From the NCBI GenBank assembly GCA_050298055.1, contig JBNKTL010000025.1, forward strand, positions 11,538 through 75,537: a stretch of 64,000 nucleotides of DNA. Direction: 5' to 3'. Below the pieces are notes generated by a model that was not told the origin of the DNA, did not search any database, and worked only from the letters and a program-made list of their open reading frames with translations. The position numbers and the translations under genes are program-made. How positions within the stretch are numbered: the first letter of the stretch is position 1; each line of letters opens with the position of its first letter. Source of the DNA: Spirochaetota bacterium (GTDB taxonomy: Bacteria; Spirochaetota; UBA4802; UBA5550). Below are positions 9,898-19,825 of this stretch, piece by piece.

Positions 9898-12350
9898 CAC
9901 AGAGAAAGAGATTGAGGATTGTTGCTGCTGTATTGTTACTGCTGTTTACCCCGGGGATGGCCGTCTCCTCTGAAATTAATCCATTCAGACAGCCTCTCTA
10001 TGACGGATCTGTAAGTTTTTCTGACAGTGGATTCTCTCACCTGATAAACCCGGTATTTACTGATGTCCCCGAAAGTTCATATTTTTCGTACAGGTACAAC
10101 AGGTATGAGGATGAAAAAAAAGGAAACCATTTCGCGGCATTGAAGGTTCTCGGATTTTCTCTTACCTATGGGAGGTTCAGCTGTTACGGGAGCACAGAAA
10201 GTGCCGGGAATACAGACAGTGATTCCCACTACTACAATATCAGCAGGGGATTTTTCTTTGGCAACCTGTTCGGTTTTGGAGCGGGATATTCATTTTCCAG
10301 AAGTGATCACGACAATTATGATAGCCTGAAGTCATGGGATTTTGGGCTTCTGCTGAGGCCCTTTTCATTCATATCACTGGGTGCTGTCTTCAGGGACTAT
10401 GACGGGAAAACAGGTGGCGGTGAAATAAAGAGGTCGGAAATCTACTCAATCTCCATCAGGCCCTATGGCAACAGGCTCACTCTCTCTTCGGACGCTCTCA
10501 GGTATTCCGGTGAGAATTACAGGGATATGGACTATTCATACTCCATCAGCATGAGGATACCCTATGAGTTATCTTTCTTTCTGCGCGGTGACAGGGAAAA
10601 GAACTTCATGTTCGGCCTGACACTCCCCTTTTACATGAGAAAGGGAAACATCGCCGGCCTGAAACTGGAAGGTTACGGTTCACGGACAGATGAGAAAAGT
10701 CCGGATTTCATTGGTGTGGGTTTCAGCTACACCGACTCTGCAAATGAAAAAGCCATTGTCTCTGCCCCGGGACGAAATATGCTCATGGTCAGGATTGCCG
10801 AAAGCTACAATGAAACAGAGATACGCAGTTTTTTTGGTGAAAGGAAGCTGGTTTTTTATGACCTCATCCGGGGAATGGACGAGGCCCTGGGGGACAGGAC
10901 CATAGACGGTTTAATACTACGGATTGATCAGGCAGAACTTGGTTTTGCGCAGCTGCAGGAACTCAGGGGAATTATGAAGAAATTCCGGGATGCGGGAAAA
11001 CAGGTGGTGTCCATCCTCACGGCAACCGGCAACAAGGAGTACTTTCTCGCGTCAGAATCTGACAGAATATATCTTTCTCCCAATGCCCCCTTCGGTCTCC
11101 GGGGACTTAAGGCTGAAGTATACTTTTTTAAGAAGCTCGCAGACAGTGCCGGTATCAGGTTTGAATCTATCAGGAGAGGACGCTATAAATCATTTTCAGA
11201 ACCCTGGACACGGGAAAAGATGTCTCCTGAATTCAGGGAGAACATGAACCAGGTCCTGGGTGACCTCAATGAACAGTTTCTCGGTTCAATCTCCGGGAGC
11301 AGAGGGATCTCCCGGAAGGATCTTAACGAGATCCTCTCCAAGGGGGTTCTGACTCCCGAGGAAGCAAAAGAAAAGAATGTTGTGGATAAAGTCATGTATC
11401 CCCATGAAGCAATTAAGGATATTGGCAGTAAGGTCATTCCTGTGGATCTGAAACAGTACCTTGATGAGAATAAGACCCTGCATACATGGGGCCCGGTACC
11501 TGTTATTGCCGTGATCTATGTGGACGGATCGATTATAAAGGGGAAGTCCAGGATCAGCCGGTATACCAGGGGAATTGGTGATGAATCCTATGCTGAGGTC
11601 CTTGAGAGAATATTTGGTGACAGCAGTGTAAAGGCAGTTGTGCTGAGAGTAGATTCGAGAGGCGGATCTGCCGAGGCGTCCGATTTTATGTGGAGAAGTC
11701 TTACCCGGCTGAAAGAGAAATATAAAAAGCCTGTTGTAATCTCTTTTGGAAATATTGCCGCCTCCGGCGGGTACTATATTGCGTGTACGGGAGACAGGAT
11801 ATACAGCAGCCCCGGTACAATTACCGGGTCAATAGGTGTGGTCTTCGGAAAACTTTCACTGAGTGAACTCTATGGAAAACTGGGCATCAACAAGGAAGTG
11901 ATCAAAATGGACAGGTTTGCTGACATAATGTCCGAATCCAGGAGACTCACAGATGAGGAGAAAAAGATACTGCAGAAGGGAATTGATTTTATCTACGGGA
12001 GGTTTCTTGATAAAGTTAAGAAAGCGAGGAAGATAGGTGCCGGGAAAATAGAGAGTGTGGCAGAGGGAAGGGTCTTTACCGGAAACCAGGCGGGAAAGAA
12101 CAGGCTTGTGGATGAAATGGGAGGCCTCCTCACAGCTATTGAATACGCAAAAGCTCTTACCGGTATAGAGAGAAAATTTGCTGTCCTGAGTCTTCCAGAA
12201 TATACGACCTTCATGGATGGCATTATTCAGACAAAGAGTCTCGGACCGCTGGGAAGCTTTTTCAGCAGGCTATACGGGGATTCTCAAATTGATCTGCTTT
12301 TAAATTCAGATTATCTCTATCTCTTTCCCTATGTTTTAAAAATAAGATAG
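9888..12350 (+). CDS. sppA: Signal peptide peptidase SppA (S49, two-domain) with an N-terminal beta-strand-rich extension
   Basis: GRYKS Lys motif, VLRVDSRGGS, SFGNIAASGGYY catalytic Ser, TGSIGV, GRVFTG; N-terminal signal peptide. Confidence 0.9.
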   Translation: MELAQRKRLRIVAAVLLLLFTPGMAVSSEINPFRQPLYDGSVSFSDSGFSHLINPVFTDVPESSYFSYRYNRYEDEKKGNHFAALKVLGFSLTYGRFSCYGSTESAGNTDSDSHYYNISRGFFFGNLFGFGAGYSFSRSDHDNYDSLKSWDFGLLLRPFSFISLGAVFRDYDGKTGGGEIKRSEIYSISIRPYGNRLTLSSDALRYSGENYRDMDYSYSISMRIPYELSFFLRGDREKNFMFGLTLPFYMRKGNIAGLKLEGYGSRTDEKSPDFIGVGFSYTDSANEKAIVSAPGRNMLMVRIAESYNETEIRSFFGERKLVFYDLIRGMDEALGDRTIDGLILRIDQAELGFAQLQELRGIMKKFRDAGKQVVSILTATGNKEYFLASESDRIYLSPNAPFGLRGLKAEVYFFKKLADSAGIRFESIRRGRYKSFSEPWTREKMSPEFRENMNQVLGDLNEQFLGSISGSRGISRKDLNEILSKGVLTPEEAKEKNVVDKVMYPHEAIKDIGSKVIPVDLKQYLDENKTLHTWGPVPVIAVIYVDGSIIKGKSRISRYTRGIGDESYAEVLERIFGDSSVKAVVLRVDSRGGSAEASDFMWRSLTRLKEKYKKPVVISFGNIAASGGYYIACTGDRIYSSPGTITGSIGVVFGKLSLSELYGKLGINKEVIKMDRFADIMSESRRLTDEEKKILQKGIDFIYGRFLDKVKKARKIGAGKIESVAEGRVFTGNQAGKNRLVDEMGGLLTAIEYAKALTGIERKFAVLSLPEYTTFMDGIIQTKSLGPLGSFFSRLYGDSQIDLLLNSDYLYLFPYVLKIR

Positions 12351-12557
12351 ATCGGAACAACATGTCAGTTATATCCATGAAAATGCTTATTCCTGCATAG
12401 GGCTGAGTTGTTACGGTGATCCATGCAGTAGTTGTTAATTTGTTGACAAAATATCAAAGAGGTATTTCAATAATTTGAAATGCCTGCAGAGTAGATATAC
12501 CGGTATTTTAACCGTAAGGATGAGTAGCTACAAAAAAAGTACTTCAGGGTTGGCACT

Positions 12558-13511
12558 ATGGATATTTTATTAGTAAACAGCACAGACAATGCAAAAGCCG
12601 CAGTAAAGAAATCTCTGGAAAAAATGAAGATGAACCTGATGTTCATCGAAGGAATTGAAAAGACACTGGATCTTATCAAGAAAGAACATCCCCAGGTGGT
12701 CCTTATTAACTGGGGCAAAAAAGACAGCTTTGATATGATAGCTCTCTGCAAGAAGATAAGAAGGTTAAAGCTTTCCAAGTATGTCTATATAATTCTCATG
12801 ATATCAAAGGAGCGGATAGCTGAAGTACAGGGCCTGATAAACTCCGGAGCAGATGACTTTCTTCTGAGGCCCTTTGGTGAAGAAGAACTCAGGGTGAGAG
12901 TCAATAAAGCCAAGAAAACAATCATTGTTGAAGACAAGCTCCTCAAATCCAAGAAAAACCTGATGAAACTTGCCAAGGAAGATCCCCTGACGAATCTTCT
13001 CAACCGGCGTTCACTTCTTGATGAGGCGCTCAAGGAGATGGGCAGGTCAACCCGGGAAAATAAGTATCTGTCATCGATACTTATCAGGATTAATAATTTT
13101 CAGGATATTGTTGATGAAAGGGGAGGCATTGCCGGCAGGGCGCTGCTCCTGGAGGCCAGCAACAGGGTCAGGTTGTCCTGCAGACCCTACGATAAGGTAG
13201 GCAGGTATTCTGTTTCCGATTTTCTCATAATACTTCCCGATACCGGGATAAAGAACGCCAAAAAGGTTGCCGGCAGGGTGCTTGATTCGTTAAACGAGGA
13301 GTTCCTGGTCAACAGGGAAGTCCTGGAACTGAACACCTCCATAGGGATATCGGAGATAGATCCTGATGATGTAAACCTGGTAAAGGAGAAGCATTCCGAT
13401 GACCTTCTTATGGACGACCTTCTTCTTGATTCCCTTATAAAGAGATCGGAGACTGCCGTTGAGAAGGCAAGGGAGAGAGGGAACAACCTCTTTGAGGTTA
13501 TTACCGATTAA
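12558..13511 (+). CDS. Pseudo-receiver + degenerate GGDEF domain protein
   Basis: REC fold (GADDFLLRPF); DPLTNLLNRR; RPYD I-site; SVSDF replaces GGDEF. Confidence 0.85.
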   Translation: MDILLVNSTDNAKAAVKKSLEKMKMNLMFIEGIEKTLDLIKKEHPQVVLINWGKKDSFDMIALCKKIRRLKLSKYVYIILMISKERIAEVQGLINSGADDFLLRPFGEEELRVRVNKAKKTIIVEDKLLKSKKNLMKLAKEDPLTNLLNRRSLLDEALKEMGRSTRENKYLSSILIRINNFQDIVDERGGIAGRALLLEASNRVRLSCRPYDKVGRYSVSDFLIILPDTGIKNAKKVAGRVLDSLNEEFLVNREVLELNTSIGISEIDPDDVNLVKEKHSDDLLMDDLLLDSLIKRSETAVEKARERGNNLFEVITD

Positions 13512-14842
13512 CCGAGAAGTTCAGAGAGCAGGAATGCCATTTCGAGGCTCTGTGTATAGTTGAGCCGGGGGTCGCAGTATGTTTCATAATTGCGGTTGAG
13601 ATCATCATCTTTCAGGTTTATTGCGCCGCCGGTACACTCGGTCACATCATCTCCTGTGAGTTCAAAATGGACACCGCCGATAAAAGTGCCCGCTTCCCTG
13701 TGCGCCCTGAAGGTCTCCTTGATTTCCCGTAATATATCATCAAAATTTCTCTTCTTGATCGTGTGACCGATATTTACAATGTTTCCATGCATGGGGTCGC
13801 AGCTCCATGTGACCTTTCGTTTTGATTTCTCTACCTTCTTTATCAACGCGGGAAGTTTTTTTTCAACGGAACCGGCACCCATCCGTGCTATCAGTGTTAT
13901 GCGTCCTTCCTCGTTTTCCGGGTTCAGTCTGTGCAAAAGTTCATTGAGTTCTTCGGGATCAATTTTACCGCTTATCTTTATACCGATTGGATTATGTATC
14001 CCCCTGAAATACTCCACATGGGCCCCGTCAATACTTCGTGTTCTCTCTCCAATCCAGAGCATGTGCGCTCCCAGGTTGTAGTATCTTCCTGTTTCCGGGT
14101 CTTTTCGTGTAAGGGCCTCTTCATATCCCAGGTGAAGGCCCTCATGTGAAGTGAAAAAATCCACCCTGCCCAGGGTCTCCGGTTTCAGCCCCCCGAAGGA
14201 CTCCATGAAGTTTATGGCATCCAGGATCCTTTCCACGGTGTTTTTGTATTTCTGCCATTCACCGGTTTTCTCAATGGAATGAAGCTCCCATGTGTAGGGA
14301 TGGTGAAGGTCCGCGAAACCTCCTGCGATTATTGCCCGGATATAGTTCAGGGTGGTGACCGAGTGAAAAAATGCCATAAGGAGCCTTTCCGGATCGGGTT
14401 CCCTGTTTTCCGGACCCGGCTCATAGATATTGATGCTGTCACCCCTGTATGTGGGTATCTGGCTGTTGTTCACGGTTTCATAAGGATTTGACCTGGGCTT
14501 AAAGTACTGGCCGGCGATCCTTCCAATCTTCACCACAGGCTTACGCGCGCCATAGGTCAGGATAACGCTCATCTGCAGCAGTATCTTTATCTTGTTGATA
14601 ATTGCGTTCTCGTTGCAGTCGAGAAACCTCTCTGCGCAGTCACCCCCCTGGAGGATAAATCTCTTCCCGTTCCCCGCCATGCTGATCTGCCGCTTCAGGT
14701 TTTCCACCTCACCGGGGAAAACCAGGGGAGGATACGACTCGATTTTCTCCAGGACTTTGCTGTAGCTGTCAGTATCCCTGTATTCGGGCTGCTGTGCCGC
14801 TTTGAAGTTTTTCCAGCTGTTTTTAGACCAGTTCTTGTTCAT
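13508..14842 (-). CDS. 3-deoxy-7-phosphoheptulonate (DAHP) synthase, class II
   Basis: LQGGDCAE, GRIAGQY.KPRS, LWIGERTR, CDPMHGN, CDPRLN. Confidence 0.95.
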   Translation of the reverse strand: MNKNWSKNSWKNFKAAQQPEYRDTDSYSKVLEKIESYPPLVFPGEVENLKRQISMAGNGKRFILQGGDCAERFLDCNENAIINKIKILLQMSVILTYGARKPVVKIGRIAGQYFKPRSNPYETVNNSQIPTYRGDSINIYEPGPENREPDPERLLMAFFHSVTTLNYIRAIIAGGFADLHHPYTWELHSIEKTGEWQKYKNTVERILDAINFMESFGGLKPETLGRVDFFTSHEGLHLGYEEALTRKDPETGRYYNLGAHMLWIGERTRSIDGAHVEYFRGIHNPIGIKISGKIDPEELNELLHRLNPENEEGRITLIARMGAGSVEKKLPALIKKVEKSKRKVTWSCDPMHGNIVNIGHTIKKRNFDDILREIKETFRAHREAGTFIGGVHFELTGDDVTECTGGAINLKDDDLNRNYETYCDPRLNYTQSLEMAFLLSELLG

Positions 14843-15253
14843 TCTATCCTGTGGCAGCTAAATAGAGATTGTAACGACTAAGCTATTATAAAAATTAACG
14901 CATCATATTTTGTAAATGATAAAAATTAAAGTTTTTACTCAACTGCAGGGCTAAAATACACATCAGCCATCCTTTTATCCATTAACATATTTAAGTTTAA
15001 GCAAAGTTGAGTAGCAGCGAAATAAGTTTCCTATTTTAAATACATGGTATTATTTCTATAATGCAAAAAAGTTTGACAATGACTTACTATGCTGATATAC
15101 TGTTCGGTACAATTTTGAGGAGGTATCTTGTGAGATATCTTAGATTTGTTTTTATGCTTATTTCCCCTTCTTTATCATCTTTATCTTCTTTGTCCTCTGA
15201 AATTCCTCAAAAAAATTTTATATTAAACAAAAGATTTTTCAATATATTAATTT

Positions 15254-15393
15254 GTAACAACTCAGCTGTAGGGCTAATAATAAATGTATTTGCTAAAATA
15301 TCAACGATATGCTCCCGACACCGTTGGCGGTGGGGGACATACCAGTTATATTTTCAATAAATATCATTATTCTTGAACATAGCGGAGTTGTTC
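15254..15393. mobile_element. MITE-like repeat, copy B (inverted relative to copy C)
   Basis: Ends GTAACAACTCAGC...GCGGAGTTGTTC; aligns along its length with the reverse complement of 59550-59688; central hairpin decayed. Confidence 0.75.
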
Positions 15394-15430
15394 ATTAATT
15401 TTTTAAAAAAAATTTTAAAAGGAGATCATA

Positions 15431-16669
15431 ATGAAAAGAACATCTTTAATTATGTCTTTCCTGATTGTAGCAGGTATATGTGACTCGGCACTTGCAACAA
15501 ACGGAATGAGAATGATAGGATTTGGTCCTGTCCAGAGGTCAATGGGTGGTGCAAACATTGCATCGCCGCAGGACGCTTCAGTGGTAATCACAAATCCTGC
15601 AGGTATGAGTGAATTGAAAGCACGTGTGGATTTCGGTTCATCTTATTTTCAGCCAAGTACCGAATACAGTGGTACGGGCGTAATGGCCGGTGTTTTCTCA
15701 AAAGGTGACGGTGAAACAGTAGAGAGTGATACAAAAGCATCCCCTATTCCCGCCCTGGGGATTATACTTCCCATTAATGATAAGATGAATTTTGGAATTG
15801 GCGCATACGGAGTTGCCGGAATGGGTGTTGATTATGAGAGAAACCTTTACGGTTCAAACACTTACAGTTCCTATTCGCAGATGAGATTCGCTCCCGCGCT
15901 CTCTTACAGGATCAACCAGATGATTTCTGCGGGGGTATCACTGAACATAATGTATGCAACCATGAGTTTTGATGCGGGAAGGGAAGCTTTTGCTATGATG
16001 ACAAATCCTCCCCATATGAACGCTGCCTCTTTTGGTTATGGAGCAACAATTGGAGTCCTTGTCAAGCCGATGGAAATTCTTTCAGGAGCCATCGCGTATG
16101 AAACAAAGAGCAGGTTCCAGGACTTTGAGTTTAATACATATGATACTCAGGGTACCGGCACATATGCGAAGGACAAAATTGAATTCAATCAGCCTGATAG
16201 TATTACCGGTGGAATTTCACTCTTTCCCATAAAGGGGTTGATAGTAGCCCTTGAAGTTCAGTATATCAGGTGGAGTACAACAAACGGGAAGGACCAGCCT
16301 GAGTTTTCGACTAACGGAAGTAACTCAAGTGAATGGAATCTCGACTGGGATGACCAGCTGGTTTATAAAATCGGTCTCTCATACCTTGTTATGCCGATGC
16401 TGGTTGTCAGGGCAGGTTATAACTATGGGAAGATGCCTCTTAATTCTGACAGGGCCTTTGAAAACATCGCTTTCCCTGCTATTACGGAACAGCACATTAC
16501 ATTGGGTGTCGGGGTAAAGACTGGTGAGAACACAACCGTAAATATCGGTTTTATGTACTCACCGGAAGCATCACTGAGCGGATCAAACGCAGCGGGCCAG
16601 TACATCACTGATTATGAGACAAAGATGACTCAGTACTCATTTGATTTTGGTATAAGTTACGCTTTCTGA
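15431..16669 (+). CDS. FadL/OmpP1/TodX family outer-membrane transporter
   Basis: Signal peptide; ATNG....GFG....SMGGA...NPAG hatch motif; C-terminal SYAF beta-signal. Confidence 0.9.
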   Translation: MKRTSLIMSFLIVAGICDSALATNGMRMIGFGPVQRSMGGANIASPQDASVVITNPAGMSELKARVDFGSSYFQPSTEYSGTGVMAGVFSKGDGETVESDTKASPIPALGIILPINDKMNFGIGAYGVAGMGVDYERNLYGSNTYSSYSQMRFAPALSYRINQMISAGVSLNIMYATMSFDAGREAFAMMTNPPHMNAASFGYGATIGVLVKPMEILSGAIAYETKSRFQDFEFNTYDTQGTGTYAKDKIEFNQPDSITGGISLFPIKGLIVALEVQYIRWSTTNGKDQPEFSTNGSNSSEWNLDWDDQLVYKIGLSYLVMPMLVVRAGYNYGKMPLNSDRAFENIAFPAITEQHITLGVGVKTGENTTVNIGFMYSPEASLSGSNAAGQYITDYETKMTQYSFDFGISYAF

Positions 16670-16932
16670 TTAATTTCAAATTTTGAACCTGTATCTGACG
16701 AAACTGCCTCACCTGTTTGGTCAGTCACAGCCGAAGGGAGAGAGGATTTATTCCTCTCTCCATCTCGAGTTCATGACGAGTATCCACATCCACGCTCTTA
16801 CCCCCTGATCTTAACCGTCAGCAATCAATAAGATTTACCTCATTAAAAACCGGGACTCCCGGTAACCGGTTTTTGTTATATAATAATAATCAAAAACGAT
16901 GATTTCATAAAGTGAAAAAATGCATATAATGC

Positions 16933-17178
16933 GTGTATCAGGGAATCAAAAAGAACCTTAATCGGTATAAGGCCGGTGAGGAGAGGAGGCCCAAAATGGT
17001 ACGTTTTGATGTAAATTATATTGAGAGACGAAAGAGTTTCAGGATATTTCCCGATGCGGTCAACGGGATAATAAATACCATTTTAACAATTATTGTTTTG
17101 GGTACAACACTGATGTTTTATGTCTCTGCCTGTAATAAACATGATGTTGTAAACTTAATAGCAGGATTGTTTCATTGA
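16933..17178 (+). CDS. Small hypothetical membrane protein
   Basis: 81-aa ORF with one hydrophobic helix; GTG start, no clear RBS. Confidence 0.4.
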   Translation: MYQGIKKNLNRYKAGEERRPKMVRFDVNYIERRKSFRIFPDAVNGIINTILTIIVLGTTLMFYVSACNKHDVVNLIAGLFH

Positions 17179-17383
17179 TCTTTTTATTTTCCGGACCGCG
17201 GGTGAAAGTAAGTGAAACCGGGCCGGGAACAGGTATAAGGTATATATTCCCAATAATAATTGCTGCTGAATTTTTTCGTTGCCTGAGAGTGGAAAATCAT
17301 TTCCTTTTATATTATCATTAATTTGATTTCTCAGTTATAAACCGGCAGAGGAATTGTAGTGCAATTTCCTGTGATTTATTGTT

Positions 17384-18352
17384 ATGCAAATTATAAAGAA
17401 AAAACTATACGTTAAAAGTCATTACATAAGAGTCTGTATTATTGCGTTTCTGGTATTTTTATGTATCTACTTTACATACTATTTCCATATCATAATAAAA
17501 ACAGGGGAGGGTATCAGTCATTTCTTCTATATACCGATTATTCTTTCGGTGTTATGGTGGGGAAAAAAGGGGAATATCGTAGCCGTCCTTCTGGCATTAA
17601 TGCTGATCTCTGCCGACCATCTGTTTGGCATAGGTGAGACAAAATTTTTTGATTACGTGCGGGGAATAATGCTTGTTGCCGTATCATATATTCTTTCTCA
17701 TTTCATATTGACCATTGAAAGATCTTTGAATAAAATAAGAAAGCTGCAGAATGAAATAATGAAAATTACCACAAAGGAGAGGCAGAGAATAGGGCAGGAC
17801 CTGCATGACGGGCTGGGACAAAACCTGACTGCGGCCACTTTCCTCCTCGAAGCCCTGGGTGAAGAAAAAGATTCATTGCTGCCGCAGATCGAAAAAATCC
17901 ATGAGATCATAAGCGGCGCAATAGTGCAGACAAAAAACCTCTCAAGAATGCTCTGCCCGGTTGAATTGGAAAAAGAGGGGCTTGTTTCCGCAATAGTGAG
18001 AATGGCGGAAGCGACCGAAAAGATCTTCAAAGTCAGGTGCAATGTTTTTTCAGACAGCAATTTTCAGGTGGATGATGAACAGACGGCAATTCATCTTTAT
18101 TATATCGTACGGGAAGCTGTTAATAACGCAATAAGGCATGGAGCAGCCGGGAAAATAGAAATAAATTTAAAAAGCGGTAATGGTAAAAAATATTTATCGG
18201 TTAAAGATAACGGTTCCGGATCAACAGGAGAAAAAAAGAATGAGGGTATGGGACTTTATATTATGCAGTACAGGGCACACATAATCGGTGCCGATTTTTC
18301 TGCGGGCAATCATGATGAAGGAGGATTCATGGTCCAAGTCGGGATGAATTGA
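17384..18352 (+). CDS. Membrane sensor histidine kinase (HisKA_3, NarX/UhpB type)
   Basis: ERQRIGQDLHDGLGQ H-box; EAVNNAIRHG, DNGSG, GMGL. Confidence 0.92.
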   Translation: MQIIKKKLYVKSHYIRVCIIAFLVFLCIYFTYYFHIIIKTGEGISHFFYIPIILSVLWWGKKGNIVAVLLALMLISADHLFGIGETKFFDYVRGIMLVAVSYILSHFILTIERSLNKIRKLQNEIMKITTKERQRIGQDLHDGLGQNLTAATFLLEALGEEKDSLLPQIEKIHEIISGAIVQTKNLSRMLCPVELEKEGLVSAIVRMAEATEKIFKVRCNVFSDSNFQVDDEQTAIHLYYIVREAVNNAIRHGAAGKIEINLKSGNGKKYLSVKDNGSGSTGEKKNEGMGLYIMQYRAHIIGADFSAGNHDEGGFMVQVGMN

Positions 18353-18425
18353 TTGGGATGACAGATTTTTCCCTGAGAAAGAAAAAACGGGTTATTTCAT
18401 TTGTAATAAGGACTTGTCCGGGAGT

Positions 18426-19112
18426 ATGAAAATGGCAGAACTTCTCGATAAAAAAAAGATCATGATTGTTGACGATCATCCGCTGTTGAGGCAGGGGATC
18501 AGAAAGGTCATTGAGCTGGAAAGCAATTTTATTGTCAGCGGGGAGGCATCTACCGCCAATGAGGCAATTGATTTGATCGCTCAGGAGAGGCCGGACATTG
18601 TTATTGTGGATATTACTCTTGCGGGGAATGTCAGCGGGCTTGACCTGATAAAAAGCATACGGCAGAGATATTCTGATATTTATACAATTGTTCTTACAAT
18701 GCATGATGAGATGGTTTACGGGGAGCGGTCAATAAAAGCCGGTGCCAGGGGTTATGTCATGAAGGAGGTAGCGTCGAAAACCATTATTAATGCAATTAAC
18801 ACGGTCCTTGGCGGAGAATTATTTATCAGCGACAAGCTTTCAAAGAAGATAATAAATTCTGTTGTCGGCGGGATGGATAATCATGAAGGGATGTCATTTG
18901 AAAACCTGACCGACAGGGAGTTTGAAATTTTTAATCTTATCGGGAACGGGTTCAGTACCAGGGAAATTGCCGGGAAATTAAACCTGAGTATATTCACTGT
19001 TGAAAGCCATAAGAAAAATATCAAAGAAAAGCTTAATCTAAAAGATTCACCGGGGCTGGTGAAGTACGCAGTCCAGTGGATCATTGCGGAAAACAAAAAA
19101 CGGGAATGTTGA
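18426..19112 (+). CDS. NarL/LuxR family response regulator
   Basis: IVDDHPL, VDITL, LTMH, GARGYVMK; LTDREFEIF...TVESH LuxR HTH; start at 18426 or 18432. Confidence 0.93.
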   Translation: MKMAELLDKKKIMIVDDHPLLRQGIRKVIELESNFIVSGEASTANEAIDLIAQERPDIVIVDITLAGNVSGLDLIKSIRQRYSDIYTIVLTMHDEMVYGERSIKAGARGYVMKEVASKTIINAINTVLGGELFISDKLSKKIINSVVGGMDNHEGMSFENLTDREFEIFNLIGNGFSTREIAGKLNLSIFTVESHKKNIKEKLNLKDSPGLVKYAVQWIIAENKKREC

Positions 19113-19276
19113 TTTTGCCGGAGAAAGCCGCGCTCTTGTTCAAAAATGGCGGATAACAAAAAAAGCCGCCGGGAAAATGCCGAGCGGCCTTTTTTATTTT
19201 ATCAACCGGTTTTTTCATACCGGAATTACTGCCATCCGCATTCACGGTATTATCCGCCTCTGCTCTGATCCCTTGA
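19069..19276. repeat. Direct repeat copy 1 (~205 bp), duplicated at 19826-20030
   Basis: Runs CAGTCCAGTGGATCATTGCGGAAAAC...GAGAAAGCCG...CATACCGGAATTACT...CCCTTGA in both copies. Confidence 0.9.
19158..19200. terminator. Putative bidirectional intrinsic terminator
   Basis: A-tract, GCCGC...GCGGC stem, T-tract between convergent genes. Confidence 0.65.
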
Positions 19277-19281
19277 TCCTG

Positions 19282-19638
19282 TTAATTTCTGTGTCCCTTA
19301 AATCTCATAAATGCCCTGCAGGTACCACTGCTTCTTGTACTTCTCCTGTCGCATCCGCACTGGATCCTTGTATAGTTCTGACAGTTTGTGTATCCTCTCC
19401 TGTTTCTCACTCCATACCTGCCGATCATTTCGCAGGCATGGTTGACCCATGAACCGTTTCTGAGTTGCAGCTTTACAAAACTTCCATTAGGCATAACATA
19501 ATAGGGGCCATCCGGAGAAATAAGATCATGGACAAATGTGGGTCGCCAACTTCCGCCCCGGCAGGGACCTGAAAAGGCATAGATACTAAAACCTGTTACA
19601 ATTGCACCGGCAAAAAGTAAAATAAACGTTTTTTTCAT
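19282..19638 (-). CDS. Secreted Cys/Arg-rich small protein
   Basis: ATG 19638 with GGAG upstream; signal peptide MKKTFILLFAGAIVTGFSIYAFS; six Cys in the mature part. Confidence 0.75.
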   Translation of the reverse strand: MKKTFILLFAGAIVTGFSIYAFSGPCRGGSWRPTFVHDLISPDGPYYVMPNGSFVKLQLRNGSWVNHACEMIGRYGVRNRRGYTNCQNYTRIQCGCDRRSTRSSGTCRAFMRFKGHRN

Positions 19639-19825
19639 AATAGTGTCTCCAATATGTTTTATTAATATTAAAATAACTAACATTAATGGAATCCGGCAGA
19701 GACAGCTCATCAATAGGGTAAAAAGATGAGAGGAAATGAATCCACGATGACAACCATTACTGTTAAAGGTCATTATTGATTTTTAACAATGCAATTTTCA
19801 AGTATTTTTCCCGGATTTTTTTAAT

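Noticed and set aside
15061..15360. 99-aa ORF upstream of the FadL-family gene
   Set aside because: Low-complexity AT-rich promoter DNA running into MITE copy B; no protein-like features.
16690..16800. Possible hammerhead ribozyme or riboswitch (CTGACGA followed by a GGAGAGAGGA/TCCTCTCTCC hairpin)
   Set aside because: No GAAA core correctly placed after a stem II and no recognisable riboswitch consensus; most likely a simple terminator-like hairpin.
16933..17178. ERRKSFR as a PilZ-type c-di-GMP motif
   Set aside because: No second D/NxSxxG motif or beta-barrel; a TM helix follows instead.
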